Virus record (IMG/VR): IMGVR_UViG_3300036929_000011 | Location: 1-64,000 of that record | DNA length: 64,000 bases | Direction: 5' to 3' (one strand) | DNA from: a virus | Lineage: Duplodnaviria > Caudoviricetes | Shown here: positions 60,079-64,000 of the stretch, piece by piece | Position numbering within the stretch: the stretch's first letter is position 1 | How the letters are laid out: every line of letters begins with the position of its first letter | Program-made: the position numbers and the translations under genes | The notes under the pieces: generated by a model | Seen by the model: the letters and a program-made list of their open reading frames with translations, nothing else | The model's database searches: none | Told to the model about the DNA's origin: nothing

Positions 60079-61443
60079 TCAACTTCCGTGGACACACACG
60101 CTGGCGCGCTTGTAGGTCGCCGGGCTGCTGGTCGCCGTCGCGTCGGTCGGGATCGCCCAGTCGCCTGAGAACGACCACGCGGCCGAGGTCGTCTGCTGGA
60201 GGCGATCCATCGGGGCGCGGAGGATGAGGCGGATACGCTCGGTGAGGATCTGCATGCCGCCGTTGACGACCGAGAACTCGCCGATCTTGCCCTGCACGCC
60301 GGATTCAGAGATGTACTTCGACTCGTCGAGGAACTTCTCTTCAATGGCGCCCTGGCCGGTGACGATCGGGCGGTGAAGAACCACGCCCGCCGGGTTGGTG
60401 GTCTCGAACGCGGTCGTGAAGCCGTCCACCGGGTCTTCGTTGACCGTCGCGGTCGTCGGGCACTCGTTGTTGCGATAGACGGTCGCGCCCAGCAAGAACG
60501 CGATGGCGAACTTGCGATAGTGGATGTAATCGGGCATCGACTGGTTCAGCCGCTGAAACTCGTTGTCGCCGAAGATCTGCGACTGCGAGATCGGGTCGAG
60601 GTGATAGTGGTACGTCCCGTCCTCGTGGGTCGGCACGTTGTCGAACTGCAGCTGGGCGATCTGGGCCCGGATGTCGGCCATCCGGAACTGGTCGGTCGAC
60701 GCGACGTCATCGACGCGCGTGCCGCCGCCCGAGTAGACAATCTGCGAGCGGTTGACCGCGAGCACTGCCTGGCGGTCGAGCGTGGTCACGTTCGCCGTGA
60801 GGGTCAGGGTACCGCTGTGGATCTCATCTCCCGCGATATCGGAAGTGAAGCCAGTGCAGGTATAGGCCACTCCGTTGACTGTGATCGACAGCGGGTTGGA
60901 TGCGCTGACGATGGTCGGGCGGCCATTGAACAGCTTGCGGGTGAATCCCGCGAGGTTCTTCACCGGCATCGCGGTCCCAGGACCGTAGGCGCCATTGGCC
61001 ACGGTGTTGCCCGCGACGTAGCAGTTGTACAGCTTGTCGCGCACACCGCGGTTGATGCTCTGCCCAGCGTGGACACCGAGCTGATGCATGTTGCGCAAAT
61101 ACTGAGAGGCCAGCGTCACGTAGCTGGTCGGCATGTGGGTGTCGATTGAGCGTCCGTACTGCTGCGCCGTCGCTTCCCACTGTTCGATCGGGTACTGGAC
61201 CGTCGGCACTTCCGCGTTCGGATTGATCGGACGCGTGGTTGGTGCGATGAGGCCCGCCCGGGTGAACGTCTGATTCGCTCCCAGGTTCACCGGCCACAGC
61301 TCCGCCACGGCCTCCAGCCGGAAGAGCAGGCGCGGGAACAGAGGGTCGCGGAATGTCCGTTGCAGCGTCCGGTCCTGAATGGCCGAGACGACGCCAGCGT
61401 TGAAACTGGTGTTGACGATTGAACCGTCGGGGAAGTTTGCCAT
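60079..61443 (-). CDS. Major capsid protein, 454 aa
   Basis: Follows scaffold; TLGQ-like QYGRSI..S..LAS.YLRN..LG.HAGQSINR, Y.YHLDP..D pattern of HK97-fold MCPs. Confidence 0.8.
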   Translation of the reverse strand: MANFPDGSIVNTSFNAGVVSAIQDRTLQRTFRDPLFPRLLFRLEAVAELWPVNLGANQTFTRAGLIAPTTRPINPNAEVPTVQYPIEQWEATAQQYGRSIDTHMPTSYVTLASQYLRNMHQLGVHAGQSINRGVRDKLYNCYVAGNTVANGAYGPGTAMPVKNLAGFTRKLFNGRPTIVSASNPLSITVNGVAYTCTGFTSDIAGDEIHSGTLTLTANVTTLDRQAVLAVNRSQIVYSGGGTRVDDVASTDQFRMADIRAQIAQLQFDNVPTHEDGTYHYHLDPISQSQIFGDNEFQRLNQSMPDYIHYRKFAIAFLLGATVYRNNECPTTATVNEDPVDGFTTAFETTNPAGVVLHRPIVTGQGAIEEKFLDESKYISESGVQGKIGEFSVVNGGMQILTERIRLILRAPMDRLQQTTSAAWSFSGDWAIPTDATATSSPATYKRASVCVHGS

Positions 61444-61565
61444 GGGTCAGCTCCTATTTCCTTGGGGCGAGCGCACGATCAAGGGATCTCACATATCGAC
61501 GCATTCGTCAATTGGATCCCCTGGCGCGCTCTGTCCAACCAAGGGATCAAATCCTGAACCTTTCA

Positions 61566-62372
61566 CTACATGCCAGGAACATAGCCGTAGCTCCTTTGCC
61601 GGGCGGCGAATTCCTGGGGACTGTCTTCTTCGGCGTTTCTATCCACCGTTGGCTCGCCCGCAGTGGCAGGCTTCGGCTTCACTTCGCCGGTAGCAGTCGA
61701 CTCGGGCGGGGTCGTGGTGGGCGCAACGACTGTCTTGGGCGGGGGCGCCGCTGGGGCGGCGGCAGTCGCGAATAGAACCGGGTGCGTTTCCTTCAGCTTG
61801 CCAAAGAAGGTCTCCGGCTGAAGAGTCGCATCTTTGCCTACCGCACGGGCGAACAGCGTGACCGCGTAGTCTGGATCCGTGATGCCAGCGATGCGCGCCT
61901 CGGCCCTGAGCTCGGCCTCCACGCGGGCGTCGTTGGCATTGCGCAGCCGCTTTTCGAGCTTCTTGACTGCCTGCCCGCCTTCGCGAGTCAGCTTCTCGTT
62001 GCTCTTACGCAGCCTCTCGTTTTCGGCTCGCAGTTGAGCAACGGCCGCGTCAGCGGTGTTGGTAGCCGCCGTCTTGCCGCCACCTGCCGCCACTGTGCCG
62101 CCGGCCTTGATGAGTCTTTCGGCTTCCTCAATCGTGACCCCGGTACGCCGACGAATCTCGGCCGCCGCTTCTCGCTGGACCCGGGCCTTGAACGCGGCCT
62201 CGGGAATCTCGATGATGCCCTTGCGCTTCCCCTGCTGTTGCTGCCCCTGCTTCTTGGGCTTCGGCGCAGCTGCCTGAGCCGGTGGGGCGGCTGGCGGTGT
62301 TACGACAGTCGTTCCCTGTGCCGATGGGTCGGCGTTCGGATCGGGAGTGTTGAGGGGTAGTTGGTCTGCCAT
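61566..62372 (-). CDS. Capsid scaffolding protein
   Basis: Pro/Ala-rich ends, central coiled coil, LKE.HP.LF. Confidence 0.7.
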   Translation of the reverse strand: MADQLPLNTPDPNADPSAQGTTVVTPPAAPPAQAAAPKPKKQGQQQQGKRKGIIEIPEAAFKARVQREAAAEIRRRTGVTIEEAERLIKAGGTVAAGGGKTAATNTADAAVAQLRAENERLRKSNEKLTREGGQAVKKLEKRLRNANDARVEAELRAEARIAGITDPDYAVTLFARAVGKDATLQPETFFGKLKETHPVLFATAAAPAAPPPKTVVAPTTTPPESTATGEVKPKPATAGEPTVDRNAEEDSPQEFAARQRSYGYVPGM

Positions 62373-62468
62373 GACGTCTCCTGTACTCGCCGGTTAACCG
62401 CCCGGTGGTGGCGTTGCAGAGAGTCTGCGGGTTTTGTGTCGGGACAGCCTCCAGAGAAGGCCGTGAAA

Positions 62469-62903
62469 TCAGAGGGTGGCCTGACCGGAAGGAAGATCGG
62501 CCAGCAAGCTCGAAGCGAGGTCGGTCGAGACTGCGTAGGTGAAGCTGGCGGTGAGGGCGAGATCGGCAGCGGCGAAGAGAACCTTCTTGCCACCGTCCCA
62601 CACGCATTCACCGGCCGCGGGAACGAGTGCGCCGGGACCGCTGATCGGACCGCGGCGGAGCTTCTTCACACCCGTCGCCGAGCCGCCGGAAACGGAGGCA
62701 ACCACGCATTGGAAGAGGCCAGCCGAGGTCGGGGCGTTCGCCAGGGTCGAGACGTTTGACGTCACGGCGATGCCGGTCTCGGTGAAACCCATCTTCGAGG
62801 CTGCGTAGGCGAGCAAGGTGCCGAGCCCGAGCTTGACGGACGCGTCGCCGAGCTGGTTGATGTTGCCGGAATCAATAACGGATTGCAGGGAAGAAGTGGT
62901 CAT
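62469..62903 (-). CDS. Head decoration-like virion protein
   Basis: GGAGG SD; Ala/Ser/Thr/Gly-rich; head operon. Confidence 0.55.
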   Translation of the reverse strand: MTTSSLQSVIDSGNINQLGDASVKLGLGTLLAYAASKMGFTETGIAVTSNVSTLANAPTSAGLFQCVVASVSGGSATGVKKLRRGPISGPGALVPAAGECVWDGGKKVLFAAADLALTASFTYAVSTDLASSLLADLPSGQATL

Positions 62904-62920
62904 GAAGGAAACCTCCAGGG

Positions 62921-63316
62921 TCAGGAAACATCGCCAGCGATCAAAAGTTCGATGTCCGCGGTGCCGACGAGATTGATCGCAGTGATCTCGTCTCCCGAGT
63001 TGGGGGAATGCCAGAGCAGCAACGAACTGACCTTGATGGCCTGGTCGGTGCCGGATGGGCTGGTGATGAGAACCTTGATCGACGAGCCGTTGATGACCCG
63101 CAGACCAAGAAAGCGCCCCTTGGTGATTGAATCGAACGACACCGCATAGGGCACAAGGTCAGTCGCGCCGACAACGCTCAGCCGCGTCGCCTTCGAGGCC
63201 GCGTAGGTCCCGTTGAAGGACGTATTGAGCATGTCGGACAGCGAAGGTCCGCCGGGGACGGGCGTTGGCTGCCCCGTCACGGATCCGCTGTGCCAGATGG
63301 TGACCGACTGGGCCAC
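62921..63316 (-). CDS. Virion structural protein
   Basis: Beta-rich; head operon. Confidence 0.55.
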   Translation of the reverse strand: MAQSVTIWHSGSVTGQPTPVPGGPSLSDMLNTSFNGTYAASKATRLSVVGATDLVPYAVSFDSITKGRFLGLRVINGSSIKVLITSPSGTDQAIKVSSLLLWHSPNSGDEITAINLVGTADIELLIAGDVS

Positions 63317-63317
63317 G

Positions 63318-63500
63318 TTACCCCATCTGCTTCAGGCCGGTGCCGGCGAGCGGAGTCTCTCTAACCGGGTTTACGCGAGTGCCCCAGGCCTCGTCCTCGC
63401 TCATCTTGGGCAGGCCGTTGTCGGGCTTGCCGTGCGTGCGGTCGTACTCGTCCAGGGGATCCTTCGGTTCGCCTTTGCCAGTGCTCTCGTCGGTAGCCAT
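63318..63500 (-). CDS. Small hypothetical protein
   Basis: GGAGG SD. Confidence 0.55.
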   Translation of the reverse strand: MATDESTGKGEPKDPLDEYDRTHGKPDNGLPKMSEDEAWGTRVNPVRETPLAGTGLKQMG

Positions 63501-63509
63501 GATGCCCTC

Positions 63510-63980
63510 CTACTTCGCGTACTCGCACTTGCCGCTTCCGCATACGCACGTGGCGCCGCGGTCGCAGCCGCATTCGCAACCGTCGCAACCGCAGACGCAG
63601 CCGCGCTCGGCTTGCTTCTGGTCGCCTTCGGTTTCGTCGTCTTCCTCGTCTTCGTCTTCCTCGTCGCCCGCCGCTTCCTCCAGCTCCTTCGCCTGCTCGG
63701 TGAGGTCTTGCTGCTGAACGGTCAGGTCGTCGATGGTCTTCTGGATGGCGTCGGCGTCCTCGACCTGGCCCTTGGCCTTCTCAAGCATCTCGATTGCCTC
63801 GCACAGCTCCTCGGCGGCGTGACTCACGCACTCGTGCGCGGGGGGCGGGGGCTCGCCGTCGGTCTGATCGCCGTCGTCGGCTTGGACGTCTTCGGGAAGC
63901 GCACCATCGTCGCCACCGGGGCCAGTCTTGCCGGCCTTGCGGGCGGCCCAGTTCGCGTAATCGTGTTGGACGTCGGCCAT
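63510..63980 (-). CDS. Acidic protein with Cys-rich metallothionein-like C-tail
   Basis: Poly-Asp/Glu run then GCVCGCDGCECGCDRGATCVCGSGKC. Confidence 0.65.
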   Translation of the reverse strand: MADVQHDYANWAARKAGKTGPGGDDGALPEDVQADDGDQTDGEPPPPAHECVSHAAEELCEAIEMLEKAKGQVEDADAIQKTIDDLTVQQQDLTEQAKELEEAAGDEEDEDEEDDETEGDQKQAERGCVCGCDGCECGCDRGATCVCGSGKCEYAK

Positions 63981-64000
63981 GGGCTACCCCTTCTTGAGAT

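Noticed and set aside
13-63997. Numerous long plus-strand ORFs (e.g. 4764-6047, 32767-33978, 54020-55333)
   Set aside because: Antisense shadows of real minus-strand genes in GC-rich DNA; no motifs, no SDs, skewed composition.

Overview
The window is about 64 kb of a GC-rich, contractile-tailed (myovirus-type) bacteriophage genome. Every credible gene is on the minus strand, and most genes are translationally coupled by ATGA/GTGA/TGATG overlaps. In transcription order (high to low coordinates) it holds: (1) a head, neck, tail and baseplate operon (64-38 kb) with scaffold, major capsid, an HNH insert, sheath, tube, a tail chaperone with a -1 frameshift, tape measure, baseplate, two fibre genes and a GH25 lysozyme; (2) a two-gene unit with a stand-alone TSCPD domain; (3) an early region starting at a sigma70-like promoter (~36.7 kb), with tiny genes, a MoxR-AAA/vWA-peptidase pair and a divergent sigma-factor-like gene; (4) recombination and replication genes (putative annealase, PD-(D/E)XK exonuclease, SbcC-like ATPase, initiator with iteron-like repeats, primase-DnaB fusion, Dam-family MTase); (5) a putative TerS and an ATPase-only TerL; (6) a second virion/lysis cluster (fibre, SGNH esterase, holin-like protein, lipoprotein, papain-like peptidase). 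No integrase, repressor, portal, tRNA or CRISPR array was seen. Top observations: a 341-bp non-autonomous element (15-bp perfect TIRs, 8-bp TSD, one passenger ORF) that splits an HNH-AP2 endonuclease yet supplies a new in-frame ATG to the catalytic half; six copies of a bipartite promoter-like motif AAAAC[C/G]-N9-GATCAACAATA together with a candidate phage sigma factor; a 363-nt densely structured RNA candidate with four cUUCGg hairpins after the capsid gene; and a second long-stem RNA upstream of the replication genes. All family calls come from motif recognition by eye, not database searches. The host is not determinable from the sequence.
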